Shown here in pieces: positions 8,485 through 17,801 of a stretch of DNA of 62,768 bases. Position 1 is the stretch's first letter. Each line of letters begins with the position of its first letter. The DNA is from a virus (Duplodnaviria > Caudoviricetes), in the IMG/VR virus record IMGVR_UViG_3300020123_000165, positions 1 to 62,768 of that record; one strand, 5' to 3'. The position numbers were made by a program, and so were the translations under genes. The notes under the pieces are model-generated. The model was not told where the DNA came from. It did no database searches and worked only from the letters and a program-made list of their open reading frames with translations.

Positions 8485-9396
8485 ATGGCTGGCACTATTA
8501 TGCGTAGTACTCAGTTTCGCTCGATCGTTGAGCCGATCCTGAATCAAGCCTTCGACGGCGTCTATGATCAACGTACTGATGAGTACAAAAAGATCTTCAC
8601 CGAAGAGAACGGCACTCCTCGCGCTTACCATGAAGAAGTTGTCCTGTATGGTATGGGCGCTGCTCCGATCCTGCCGGATGGCCAGGCTATCACGTACGAT
8701 GAGGGCGGTCAGCTCTACGTCAAGCGTTACACCTACGATGTCTATGGTCTGGCTTTTGCGCTGACCAAGGTCCTTGTGGAAGATGGTGATCACATCCGTG
8801 TGGGCTCGACGATGTCCAAGCATCTGGCCCAGGCCATGGATGAGACCCTGGAGACCGTCACGGCCAATCACTTGAACCGCGCTTTCACCTCTGGCTACAA
8901 CGGCGGCGATGGTGTGGTCCTCTGCTCGGCCTCGCACCCGGTCATCAGTGGCACTCAGTCTAACGTTCTGACTTCAGCCGCTCTGTCTCAGACCTCGGTC
9001 GAGCAAGCTCTGATCCAGGTTCGTCAGGCTCAAGACAGCCGTGGTAAGCGTATTCGTCTGACGCCGAAGAAGTTGATCGTGCATCCGGCCAATATGCTCC
9101 AGGTCGAAGTTCTGCTGAAGTCCATCCTGCGCACTGGTACCACCAACAATGATCTTAACCCGATCAAGTCTGCTGGTTCCCTCCAGGACTCCGTGGTCAT
9201 CAGCCGCCTGACCTCTTCGACCGCTTGGTTCGTCCAGACCGATGCCCGTGATGGCTTGAAGGTTCTCTGGCGTCGTAAGCTGGAAAAGGCCATGGAAGGC
9301 GACTTCGAAACCGACAGCGTTCGCTATAAGTCCACCATGCGCTTCGGCTCTGGCTGGACTGACTGGCGGAACATCTACGGCAACGCTGGCGTTTAA
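8485..9396 (+). CDS. Major capsid protein (HK97 fold)
   Basis: GGDGVVLCSASHP, PKKLIVHP, GDFETDSVRYK..RF..GWTDWR; followed by strong terminator. Confidence 0.9.
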   Translation: MAGTIMRSTQFRSIVEPILNQAFDGVYDQRTDEYKKIFTEENGTPRAYHEEVVLYGMGAAPILPDGQAITYDEGGQLYVKRYTYDVYGLAFALTKVLVEDGDHIRVGSTMSKHLAQAMDETLETVTANHLNRAFTSGYNGGDGVVLCSASHPVISGTQSNVLTSAALSQTSVEQALIQVRQAQDSRGKRIRLTPKKLIVHPANMLQVEVLLKSILRTGTTNNDLNPIKSAGSLQDSVVISRLTSSTAWFVQTDARDGLKVLWRRKLEKAMEGDFETDSVRYKSTMRFGSGWTDWRNIYGNAGV

Positions 9397-9413
9397 CTAC
9401 TCTGGTGTTAAAT

Positions 9414-9437
9414 ATAGGCCCTTCGGGGCCTATTTTT
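9414..9437 (+). terminator. Intrinsic terminator after MCP
   Basis: ATAGGCCC-TTCG-GGGCCTAT plus T run. Confidence 0.92.
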
Positions 9438-9514
9438 GTATTATCTAGACATGGACTCTAAACTAGTCTAGTGGTAATATAACTGTATCAAGCAACTAGA
9501 TAACCTCTGATATT

Positions 9515-9982
9515 ATGTCTAGTAAACTCATAGCTCAATTAAAATCTAAGATTCTAATAGACCAAGGTGAGTGTTGGAATTGGGTAGGTTTGCTTAACCA
9601 TGAAGGGTACGGTCGAAATGGCTTTGGACTGGCTCAAGGATTTTCAAGGAGAGCCCACCGAGCTTCTTGGCAAGTCTTCAATGGGGACATTCCAAAGGGA
9701 CTAATGGTTTGTCATAGTTGTGATAATCCCTCTTGCATCAATCCTAAGCATTTGTTCTTATCTGATAATGCTGGAAATTTAAAAGATATGCGGGATAAAG
9801 GGAGAAGTCCTTTAGGGGAGAAACACTGGAAGCATAAGTTATCTGACCCAGAGATTAAGCAAATAAGAGAGTCAAAACTAAGCGGTCTTGAACTATCACA
9901 GTATTTTAAGATCTCCAAGAGTCAAGTTAGTAATATCCGTAGTAATAGACGACGTTTTTCTCAACCCTTAAACTTTTCATGA
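9515..9982 (+). CDS. HNH homing endonuclease (HNH_3 type)
   Basis: CWNW..GYG..AHRASW..VCHSCDNPSCINPKHL; AT-richer than flanks. Confidence 0.9.
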   Translation: MSSKLIAQLKSKILIDQGECWNWVGLLNHEGYGRNGFGLAQGFSRRAHRASWQVFNGDIPKGLMVCHSCDNPSCINPKHLFLSDNAGNLKDMRDKGRSPLGEKHWKHKLSDPEIKQIRESKLSGLELSQYFKISKSQVSNIRSNRRRFSQPLNFS

Positions 9983-9997
9983 AGTGAAGGAACTAAA

Positions 9998-10711
9998 ATG
10001 CAAATTTCCGACGACCTGATGCTCGGTCCCGTAGTCTCCGGCAAACCAAATACTGATGGCCCTTCTATCATGGACACTGGTGTTGGCCCGATGGGTCGTG
10101 TCTATGTCTTCGACGTGGTCCCGCTTGCCCTCAACCTAACTGGCCTTGCCGCTGCTCAAGCTGTAGCTGGTGCCGGGAACTTGACCCTGACGGCTGGTAC
10201 GGGTGTCACTCTGACCAACGGCCGTTACGTCCTGGACACTCCGCGTTGCGTTGACATTCTGTCTTCCAGCGCCGGTGATACCACGCAGACCGCCACCGTC
10301 TCGGGCTTTGACCAATACGGCCAAGCCATGAGTGAACTGATTGCTTTCAACGGCACGACTCGCGTTGCCGGCAAGAAGGCATTCAAGTCGGTTACCAATG
10401 TGGCTATCAGTGCCGCTCTGGCCGGTAACGGCTCCGTCGGTACTACCGATACCATCGGCCTTCCATATCGTCTGTTGTCCAAAGACTACATCACCTTCAA
10501 CTACAATGCGACGGTTGGTCTTCTGGCGGCAGTTACGGCTGCGGTCACAACTTCGCCGGCAACCACGACCACTGGTGACGTTCGCGGTACCATTGCTCTG
10601 GCCTCGGCTTCTGACGGTGCTAAGCGTTTGGTAGCATTCATGGCGATGCCCGCTATTGCTTGTGGCCCAAACGCTACTCGCATCGGTGCCCTGGGCGTTA
10701 CTCAGGCCTAA
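9998..10711 (+). CDS. Virion structural protein
   Basis: A/T/G-rich beta protein, TTTTGDVRGT motif; codon bias like MCP. Confidence 0.7.
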   Translation: MQISDDLMLGPVVSGKPNTDGPSIMDTGVGPMGRVYVFDVVPLALNLTGLAAAQAVAGAGNLTLTAGTGVTLTNGRYVLDTPRCVDILSSSAGDTTQTATVSGFDQYGQAMSELIAFNGTTRVAGKKAFKSVTNVAISAALAGNGSVGTTDTIGLPYRLLSKDYITFNYNATVGLLAAVTAAVTTSPATTTTGDVRGTIALASASDGAKRLVAFMAMPAIACGPNATRIGALGVTQA

Positions 10712-10720
10712 GTTGTAGTA

Positions 10721-10746
10721 AAACCGGGGGCTTCGGCCCCTAGTTT
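10721..10746 (+). terminator. Probable intrinsic terminator
   Basis: GGGGC-TTCG-GCCCC hairpin then short T run. Confidence 0.65.
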
Positions 10747-10760
10747 CTAGGAGTACGAGT

Positions 10761-11027
10761 ATGATCGCAGATAAACTTGGGTATTTTAACCAGGCCACTA
10801 CGGCGGGTGTACAAATCAAGTCCGGCCCCTCGGGGTTCTTTGGGGTGGTTTCCACTGTGGGCGGCGGGGCTTGCACCATTTATGACGGCACCGATACCTC
10901 TGGGAAGATCCTGTTCACCAAGACCCTGGCCGTAGGTGATGTTATCCACTTTGGTGGTTTGGGTTTCGCGGCTAAGTTGGGTCTCTTCATCGTAGTCACT
11001 GGCACTGTCAACGTGCTCTACACTTGA
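10761..11027 (+). CDS. Small virion protein
   Basis: AGGAG RBS; beta-rich; within structural module. Confidence 0.65.
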   Translation: MIADKLGYFNQATTAGVQIKSGPSGFFGVVSTVGGGACTIYDGTDTSGKILFTKTLAVGDVIHFGGLGFAAKLGLFIVVTGTVNVLYT

Positions 11028-11028
11028 T

Positions 11029-12057
11029 ATGGCTACCTCCGGAACCGTTGGCACTACGGTAATCAATACCTCCAAAATCGTGGAGAAAGCCCTGCGGCGA
11101 GTAGGATTGATGCCACAAGCTTTGACCCCGGAGATGGTAGCTACCGCCGAGGAAGACCTGTACTTGCTCCTTCTGAGCTTGTCTAGTCGAGGACTTAACC
11201 TCTGGTGCCTGGATCAAATCTTCATCCCTCTGGTGGCTAACACTGCCACTTACACCCTTCCGGTTGGCACTCAGAATCTGCTCAATGTGGTGTACTCCCC
11301 CGGCACTGTAGTGTCTTTAGGGGCCACGGTAAGCTTTGGGGCTACTTTGGTTGGGGATGACTATTTCCCGGGAGAGTATGTTAAAGTGGTTTTGACCACT
11401 GGACAGACACTCAGTCAAGTGGGTGTTCAATTTCCGGGATCCGAATGTACCTCATTCAAGGTCCAAGGATCGAATGATGGCATCAGCTGGACCACGCTTC
11501 GTGAGGTTGATGGAAACTATCAACCCACTCGGTACAACTGGTTTGAGGTATCTTCTGATGTTGCATATACTCAGTATCGGAAGGTGTTTCCTCGAACGAC
11601 GGGATCAGTAGCCAGCTCGAGTTCATTTGATATCATCAACGGCCTGAGGAGAGATTTACCGATCACTCCTCTGAACCACGATGACTACATGCAGCTTCCT
11701 GACAAGTTCAATAAGTCGCTTATCCCGACGTCATTTTACTTCGAGAAGCTGATCAATCCTCAGATTACTCTCTGGCCAGTCACGCCAGATACTCAAGGCT
11801 ATATGACTATCCTGAGAAGTCGCCAGGTCCAGGACATCGGAACTTTGACTCAGGAACTAGAGATTCCGGCTCGCTGGACCGAGTCTATCACCTGGCAACT
11901 GGCCGTGAGGCTATCCTTTGAATTCCCAGGAGTAGATCCGGCTCGACGAGCTGAGGTGATCCAGATGTCCCAGGGTATGACCGTAGAAGTCGAGAGCGAT
12001 GAAACTGATAACGCTCCTACCTACCTGTCTCCTAACATTCGGGCCTATACAGCATGA
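11029..12057 (+). CDS. Head-tail adaptor-like protein with inserted discoidin/F5-8-like domain
   Basis: MATSGT start, RGLNLW, VQGSNDGISWTTL, Y..LPDK, ITLWPV. Confidence 0.65.
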   Translation: MATSGTVGTTVINTSKIVEKALRRVGLMPQALTPEMVATAEEDLYLLLLSLSSRGLNLWCLDQIFIPLVANTATYTLPVGTQNLLNVVYSPGTVVSLGATVSFGATLVGDDYFPGEYVKVVLTTGQTLSQVGVQFPGSECTSFKVQGSNDGISWTTLREVDGNYQPTRYNWFEVSSDVAYTQYRKVFPRTTGSVASSSSFDIINGLRRDLPITPLNHDDYMQLPDKFNKSLIPTSFYFEKLINPQITLWPVTPDTQGYMTILRSRQVQDIGTLTQELEIPARWTESITWQLAVRLSFEFPGVDPARRAEVIQMSQGMTVEVESDETDNAPTYLSPNIRAYTA

Positions 12058-12284
12058 GCCTTTATGAATCGGTCTCTACAAAAGGTGTCGTCGCTATCGG
12101 CATCTGTGACCGGTGCAAGAAAAAGGTTCCTTACACTGAACTGAGGCCCGACGGGAATAGCCCGGGCCTGAGGGTCTGTCAAGATCCTGGATGTTGGGAT
12201 GTGAAAGATCCCTGGAGACTTTCAGCTAAGAAGTCTGAGAATATCTCACTAAGATACCCCCGACCTGACGAACCATTGGAGTAA
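12054..12284 (+). CDS. Small Cys/Zn-binding morphogenesis protein
   Basis: ICDRC ... VC..PGCWD..DP ... LRYPRPD. Confidence 0.65.
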   Translation: MSLYESVSTKGVVAIGICDRCKKKVPYTELRPDGNSPGLRVCQDPGCWDVKDPWRLSAKKSENISLRYPRPDEPLE

Positions 12285-12286
12285 CC

Positions 12287-12904
12287 ATGGCAGGATCCAT
12301 GACTTATGATAGCTTAGTCCAAGATCTATCGAATTACTGTGAGCGAGATGACGAGCCATTTATGTCTCAGATACCTCGTTTCATCACCCTGGCTGAGATG
12401 CGGATTGCCTCGGAGGATAAGCCTTTGGGTTTCCTGCGCACTGTAGGCGGAACACTCTCGGGAAATACTCTGGCGAAGCCGGCCCGGTGGAGGAAGACTA
12501 AGAACTTCTCGCTAATTGTGGGGGCTGAGCGTCGGCATCTTTATAGTCGAGCTTATGAGTATCTGCGAGTTTACTGGCCGAACAGCGCTTTGCAAGCTGT
12601 TCCAATGTTCTATGCTGACTATGATTATGAGCATTATTTCATCGCTCCTAATCCCGACTTGGCTTATCAATTCGAGATCCAGTACTACGAACTTCCTGAA
12701 CCTCTGTCCAGTGTAAAGCAGACTAGTTGGACTACTCAATATGCTCCTCAGCTCTTGCTATATGCCACCTTAATGGAGGCCCAGCCTTTCTTGAAGACTT
12801 CAGAACGTATTGCCGAATTCCAAGCCTTGTATGACCGAGCTCTGCAGGCTATCGTTAAAGAAGACCAGGGACGCAGCTTAGACTCGTCTGCCGTGAGGAG
12901 CTAA
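12287..12904 (+). CDS. Tail adaptor/tubular-type protein
   Basis: MTYDSL, IP.FI.LAE.RI, LLLYATLMEA..FLK motifs. Confidence 0.7.
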   Translation: MAGSMTYDSLVQDLSNYCERDDEPFMSQIPRFITLAEMRIASEDKPLGFLRTVGGTLSGNTLAKPARWRKTKNFSLIVGAERRHLYSRAYEYLRVYWPNSALQAVPMFYADYDYEHYFIAPNPDLAYQFEIQYYELPEPLSSVKQTSWTTQYAPQLLLYATLMEAQPFLKTSERIAEFQALYDRALQAIVKEDQGRSLDSSAVRS

Positions 12905-12905
12905 T

Positions 12906-15413
12906 ATGGCTTATACTGATGTTTTTGGAAACCAAACCCTACCCCCTTCGGAGTATGGGTATAGTTCACTAGTCATTGTAGCCAATGCTACTCTAGTCTG
13001 GCCCTTCAATACCGACGACTCCACCCTGGCCATCGCCAAGATCATGAACGTTTCCTGCGGACCCGGAAACGTAGTCACACTGCCGGATGCCACTGAAGTA
13101 TCTACGGGAGAGGACTTCCTGCTTCGCAACGTAGGAGCCAATACTCTAACCGTTAAAGACTCTTCGGGAGTACAGATTGCCACGGTCGCGGTAGGGGCGG
13201 CCTCTTACTTCTACCTGACAAACAATACTACCGCTGCTGGAGTATTTGGGGTCATTGGGTTTGGAGTAGGAACTAGCACGGTTGACGCCGCCTCACTGGT
13301 GGGCTATGGCATCAAGGCCATTGGAGCCTCTCTGAACCAGTCCCATCCGGTAGTCCCCACAAACACCGGGATCACCCTGGGTTCTGATCATCGATCTAAG
13401 CTGGTAACCTTCACCGGTGGAGTAGCTACTTTTGATCTTACCTCAGCCGCTACTTTGGGTGATGACTATTTCACCCTGTTCCGTAATCAGGGAACTGGCA
13501 CAGTGACTTTGGACCCGGCTTCGGCTGAGACCATTGATGGTATGGCCACTATGCAGGTCCAGCCAGGTGAGTCTTTGATGCTCATTTGTACGGGCACCCA
13601 ATGGTATACCGTTGGCTATGGCCGCTCGACCCTGTACCAGTTTACTCAACTGACTAAGGATGTATCTGGAGGCGGCACTATTACCCTGACGGCTACTGAG
13701 GCGGCCAATAAACTGATCACCTTCATAGGTAACCCCGCCGGTGCAGTAACGGTGGTGGTGCCGTCGATAGTGGCGGTTTATTATACTCAGAGTTCAATCT
13801 CGACGGCCCAGACGATCACTCTGAAGACCGCGGCAGGGACGGGTATTGGCCTCACTCAGGGGTCTCGTATTATCGCTCTATGCGATGGCACTAATGTAGT
13901 GGCCGCTCAATCCGCTACTGCCAATGCCTCACTCTCCTTGATTGATGGAAGTGCGGCAGTACCCTCTCTATTCTTCGCTTCCAAGACTAACACCGGCCTC
14001 TTTAAGTCTGGGACTCAGGACCTTGGTGTCACGGTCAACGGAACGCTAGTGGGGATCTTTGGTTCTACGGGCCTCCAGATCGCCAGTGTTGGACCAAATA
14101 GTTCCCAACAACACCTGGTGCCGGCAGTAGCCTCTGACGTATTCGCTCTGGTAACGGCCTCCCAAGTATTCAATAATAAGTCAATTAACCTGACCACTAA
14201 CACACTTAGTGGTACCTTGGCCCAGTTCAACACCGCCTGCTCCGACGCGGATTTTGCGTCACTGGCTGGAGCTGAAATACTGACCAATAAGACACTCAAT
14301 CTCGCCAACAACACGTTGACAGGAACGCTTGCCCAGTTCAACACGGCTTGTTCTGATGCTGACTTTGCATCAATTGCCTCGCCAACATTTACAGGCGACC
14401 CCAAAGCACCTACTCCGGCAGTCAATGACAACGATACGTCGATCGCGACTACTGCTTACGTATTTGCTGAACGAGCTAATACGATCACACTAACTAACAA
14501 GACGTTAGCCGCCGCCACCAACACGGTAGAAGCGACCAGTGGGCCGAATAGCTCACCATTTAGTTTCCGTAATCGGATTATCAATGGGGACATGCGTGTT
14601 GATCAAGTCAATAATGGCGCCGCACAAACTATTACCTCGGCAGCATTCCAGTATTGTCTGGATATGATGATTGCCACGGCAAGTAGCACTTCATTCTCAG
14701 GGCAGAGGGTCGCCGGGGCTGTGCCAGACCAATTCCTGTGGCAAGCTACGGGCGCTGGAGGCGTTACTGGTTTGTCCTTCGGTACAAGAATAGAATCAAA
14801 CAACATTGCAGATCTTGCAAGTTCCACAGTTACATTCTCCTGTGAACTGTCGAACAGCTTGCTCACTACCGTCAATTGGTTAGCCACTTATGCCAATTCT
14901 ACGGATAACTTTACAACCACTACCGCAATCGCCAGTGGATCTTTCACTGTCAATAGTTCACTCGCCCGGTATTCTGCACAAATAGCCCTCCCAGCCAATG
15001 CAGTAAATGGTATACAGATCGCCCTTAGTGTTGGGGCACAGACCTCTGGTACCTTCAAGGTTGGGGAGTTGCAACTGGAAGCAGGTTCAATAGCCACGCC
15101 GTTTGAACGCGTGCCCGTAGGTCTCGAACTAGCACTCTGTCATCGCTACTTCTATCGCTCAGCCAACAATGAGTTCATTTGGTCTGGTAATACAACCAAT
15201 GGCGTTACCTACTATCAGGAATACATACTTCCTACCCCCATGCGAGTCACCCCAACAATCAGTAATATCACATCTGCAGCGGGGTTCGGATTCCCAGCGA
15301 CAACCGCTGCTAATGCTAATACCAATAGATCTGGTTACTACAACAACAATGCAAATGCCACTCAGAATGGTTCCTTCATGTATTTCGGTGCTGACTTTTC
15401 CGCGAGGTTGTAA
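12906..15413 (+). CDS. Tail fibre/receptor-binding protein
   Basis: 835 aa, T/A/S/G-rich; SPTFTGDPKAPTP and NRIINGDM..QLEAGSIATPFE..CHRYF modules. Confidence 0.85.
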   Translation: MAYTDVFGNQTLPPSEYGYSSLVIVANATLVWPFNTDDSTLAIAKIMNVSCGPGNVVTLPDATEVSTGEDFLLRNVGANTLTVKDSSGVQIATVAVGAASYFYLTNNTTAAGVFGVIGFGVGTSTVDAASLVGYGIKAIGASLNQSHPVVPTNTGITLGSDHRSKLVTFTGGVATFDLTSAATLGDDYFTLFRNQGTGTVTLDPASAETIDGMATMQVQPGESLMLICTGTQWYTVGYGRSTLYQFTQLTKDVSGGGTITLTATEAANKLITFIGNPAGAVTVVVPSIVAVYYTQSSISTAQTITLKTAAGTGIGLTQGSRIIALCDGTNVVAAQSATANASLSLIDGSAAVPSLFFASKTNTGLFKSGTQDLGVTVNGTLVGIFGSTGLQIASVGPNSSQQHLVPAVASDVFALVTASQVFNNKSINLTTNTLSGTLAQFNTACSDADFASLAGAEILTNKTLNLANNTLTGTLAQFNTACSDADFASIASPTFTGDPKAPTPAVNDNDTSIATTAYVFAERANTITLTNKTLAAATNTVEATSGPNSSPFSFRNRIINGDMRVDQVNNGAAQTITSAAFQYCLDMMIATASSTSFSGQRVAGAVPDQFLWQATGAGGVTGLSFGTRIESNNIADLASSTVTFSCELSNSLLTTVNWLATYANSTDNFTTTTAIASGSFTVNSSLARYSAQIALPANAVNGIQIALSVGAQTSGTFKVGELQLEAGSIATPFERVPVGLELALCHRYFYRSANNEFIWSGNTTNGVTYYQEYILPTPMRVTPTISNITSAAGFGFPATTAANANTNRSGYYNNNANATQNGSFMYFGADFSARL
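14175..14372 (+). repeat. Tandem duplication (111-nt period) in the tail fibre
   Basis: GTLAQFNTACSDADFAS occurs twice, 37 aa apart. Confidence 0.9.
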
Positions 15414-15416
15414 ATC

Positions 15417-15791
15417 ATGTATAAACTGACCAATACTACTTCAATCCAGCGACTTACCGATGGCGCTCTTATCCCCACCGATGAAGGAAATGCTGATTAT
15501 CAACAATACCTAGCTTGGGTTGCAGATGGTAATACCCCAGAGCCGGTTGATCCTATTGTCAAGGTAATTCAGCCTGTCTCTCCACGTCAAATCCGGCAAG
15601 CCCTCACCGCCTTGAATTTTCGCGCCGGGGTGGAAGCGGCTGTTGCAGCGGGTGATCAAAACCTGAAAGACTGGTGGGAGTTCTCCACTGCTTTCGAACG
15701 CGGCCATGAGGAAGTTGTCACGATGGGAGAGCAACTCGGAGTTTCCCCTGAACAACTCGATGGCCTTTGGCTGGTCGCAGGTGCACTGTGA
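15417..15791 (+). CDS. Tail fibre assembly/chaperone-like protein
   Basis: [19 protein letters not shown]; [10 protein letters not shown]; directly after fibre. Confidence 0.7.
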   Translation: MYKLTNTTSIQRLTDGALIPTDEGNADYQQYLAWVADGNTPEPVDPIVKVIQPVSPRQIRQALTALNFRAGVEAAVAAGDQNLKDWWEFSTAFERGHEEVVTMGEQLGVSPEQLDGLWLVAGAL

Positions 15792-16165
15792 ACAAGGTCT
15801 CATGGACCCCGAAGTGGCAAATCCCGCTTCGGCGAAAACTCAACCCCCTGTTCTGGGTGGAGAACCTCGATGACCCGGTGCCTCCTGCCTGGTACACCAA
15901 AGGAAAGTTTCGCTGGTGGTGGCGTAATCCGTTTCACAACCTGATGTTCTATTGTCTTGGTTTTCAGGACAAGCCGTCAGTTTCCTATGGTCGTTACCCC
16001 AGTCAAGTGTTCTCTGATGCTTTGGGGTGGAACTGGGCGATTACGGTAGTCAAGGGTTGGTTCCCAGCACCGTTCGTGTCACACAAAGGGAAATGGGTTC
16101 GTTGGTATGCTGGGTGGAAGTGTCCGGGGGCTAGTCTCGGGTTTGAGTTTAGGCGGAATTCATGA
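15788..16165 (+). CDS. Trp-rich tail-associated hypothetical protein
   Basis: GTG overlapping previous stop; WWWRNP..N motif. Confidence 0.6.
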   Translation: MNKVSWTPKWQIPLRRKLNPLFWVENLDDPVPPAWYTKGKFRWWWRNPFHNLMFYCLGFQDKPSVSYGRYPSQVFSDALGWNWAITVVKGWFPAPFVSHKGKWVRWYAGWKCPGASLGFEFRRNS

Positions 16166-16542
16166 ATCCGAACCAAGAGGCTGAACTCACTGGGGGCGGA
16201 GACTGTTTCTTACACCACCACTCTGCCGACCAAGCCCCAAGCCAAGAGCTTCTTCACGGGCTCCAGATGGTGGCTTCTCAGAAACCTATCTCCTCTGACA
16301 CCACTCTGGTGGGTACCGAGGATTTTGTTTTGGTGGACACTACGGCCCAGAGCCTTAATATAACCCTGCCAAGGGCCATCAATGGACTTGAACGAGAGAT
16401 CATGAAACTGGTGAATCCAAACACTATAGTGGTGCTACCTCAGGGAACCGATACTATCCTGGGGACTTCTGGAGTGACTATAAGCTCGGGTGGAGCTTCC
16501 TTGCGGTTCAAAGCTATTGGCACCGACTGGAGACCGATATGA
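16162..16542 (+). CDS. Tail-associated structural protein
   Basis: VLVDTT..NITLP beta motif; coupled ORF. Confidence 0.6.
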   Translation: MNPNQEAELTGGGDCFLHHHSADQAPSQELLHGLQMVASQKPISSDTTLVGTEDFVLVDTTAQSLNITLPRAINGLEREIMKLVNPNTIVVLPQGTDTILGTSGVTISSGGASLRFKAIGTDWRPI

Positions 16543-17801
16543 GTTACCTTCCACTGGACCAAATGGCTTACCGAGATGGACCTGGTCTAGATGCTTTCGG
16601 TCGCTTGAGAATAGCGGACAGTATTCAACTGCTCGGGGCAGCACAGGAATATACCTTCCATCCACTGACTTGGGATCACTTCACTTCTGGTGCAGGTACG
16701 GCCACCTACAGCGCCAATACCTCCAGCACCGTTCTTCGCACTGGGGCTTCTACCAGCGGAGCACGCGCTCTAAGACAAACCAAGATTTATTACCGCTACA
16801 ATCCTGGGAAATCACACCTGATCAAGTTGACGGGAACCATACGGAAGTCAGGAACACCGGCAGGAGCTTCCTTTACTTCACTGGGATACTACGACGACGA
16901 CAATGGTTTGTTCTTTCGCAGCAAAGTGACTGGGGTATATGTCACCAGCCGAACCAACACGTCGGGAGCTCCAGTAGAAACTGAAGTAGTTCAGTCCAGT
17001 TGGAATCTGGATAAGCTGGACGGCACCGGTTCTTCTGGGGTGACCGTTGATTGGACCAAAGAACAAATCTTTATCTTTGACCTCCAATGGTTGGGCGTAG
17101 GAAGAGCACGGTTTGGTTTGTTCATTGGTGGATCCATCATCTATGTTCATGAGATGTTGCATTCCAACTTGTTCACCGCCGCCTACATGCGAACCGCGAA
17201 TCTTCCAGTTCGGTATGAGGCTTTCAACTCCGGTGGTGCTGGAGCAGACGTTTCGCTGGAAGCCATCTGCGCCTCAGTAGAATCTGAGGCTGGTGTTCAG
17301 GAAGATAACTTCTACCCTTTCTCCTATTCAGCTTATCTTACAGCCATGGCGCTGGACACCACTCTGCGTCCAGTGGTGACTCGTCGACTGCGCGATACCT
17401 TCAATGGCCTCACTGTTCGCGGACACGCCACTCTGTCGGATTTTCAGTTGCGAGTAGGTACGAATGATATCTACTGGGAAATTCGGTATAACCAGACGGT
17501 GACTCTTGGTGGCGGCGGTTCAACCACCACCAATAATGTTGATGCCACTTACTCTATCAGCGAGTACGATACCTATGCAGGAGCGGCGAATACCGTCAGT
17601 GGTGGAATACTTATTGCTAGCGGGTTTGTCTCTACTGGGGCTGGATCAGTTAGAGGAGTTGATCAGATCAGTGCGGCAGATTCCTTGTTGATACTTGGTC
17701 GCACATACGCTAATGTCAGAGACTCCTTTACTTTGTCGGCTCGTTCAATGACAGGTGCAGCGACACTATCCCTAGCTTCAAACATCAAGGAGCAATATTG
17801 A
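16539..17801 (+). CDS. Virion protein with probable lectin-like beta-sandwich
   Basis: DAFGRLR, YNPGKS, W.LDKLDGTG.SG, QWLGVG motifs. Confidence 0.6.
   Translation: MSYLPLDQMAYRDGPGLDAFGRLRIADSIQLLGAAQEYTFHPLTWDHFTSGAGTATYSANTSSTVLRTGASTSGARALRQTKIYYRYNPGKSHLIKLTGTIRKSGTPAGASFTSLGYYDDDNGLFFRSKVTGVYVTSRTNTSGAPVETEVVQSSWNLDKLDGTGSSGVTVDWTKEQIFIFDLQWLGVGRARFGLFIGGSIIYVHEMLHSNLFTAAYMRTANLPVRYEAFNSGGAGADVSLEAICASVESEAGVQEDNFYPFSYSAYLTAMALDTTLRPVVTRRLRDTFNGLTVRGHATLSDFQLRVGTNDIYWEIRYNQTVTLGGGGSTTTNNVDATYSISEYDTYAGAANTVSGGILIASGFVSTGAGSVRGVDQISAADSLLILGRTYANVRDSFTLSARSMTGAATLSLASNIKEQY

Noticed and set aside
9440-9997. Group I intron around this or the other HNH genes
   Set aside because: Flanking genes look intact with their own starts and stops, and no intron core motifs were seen.
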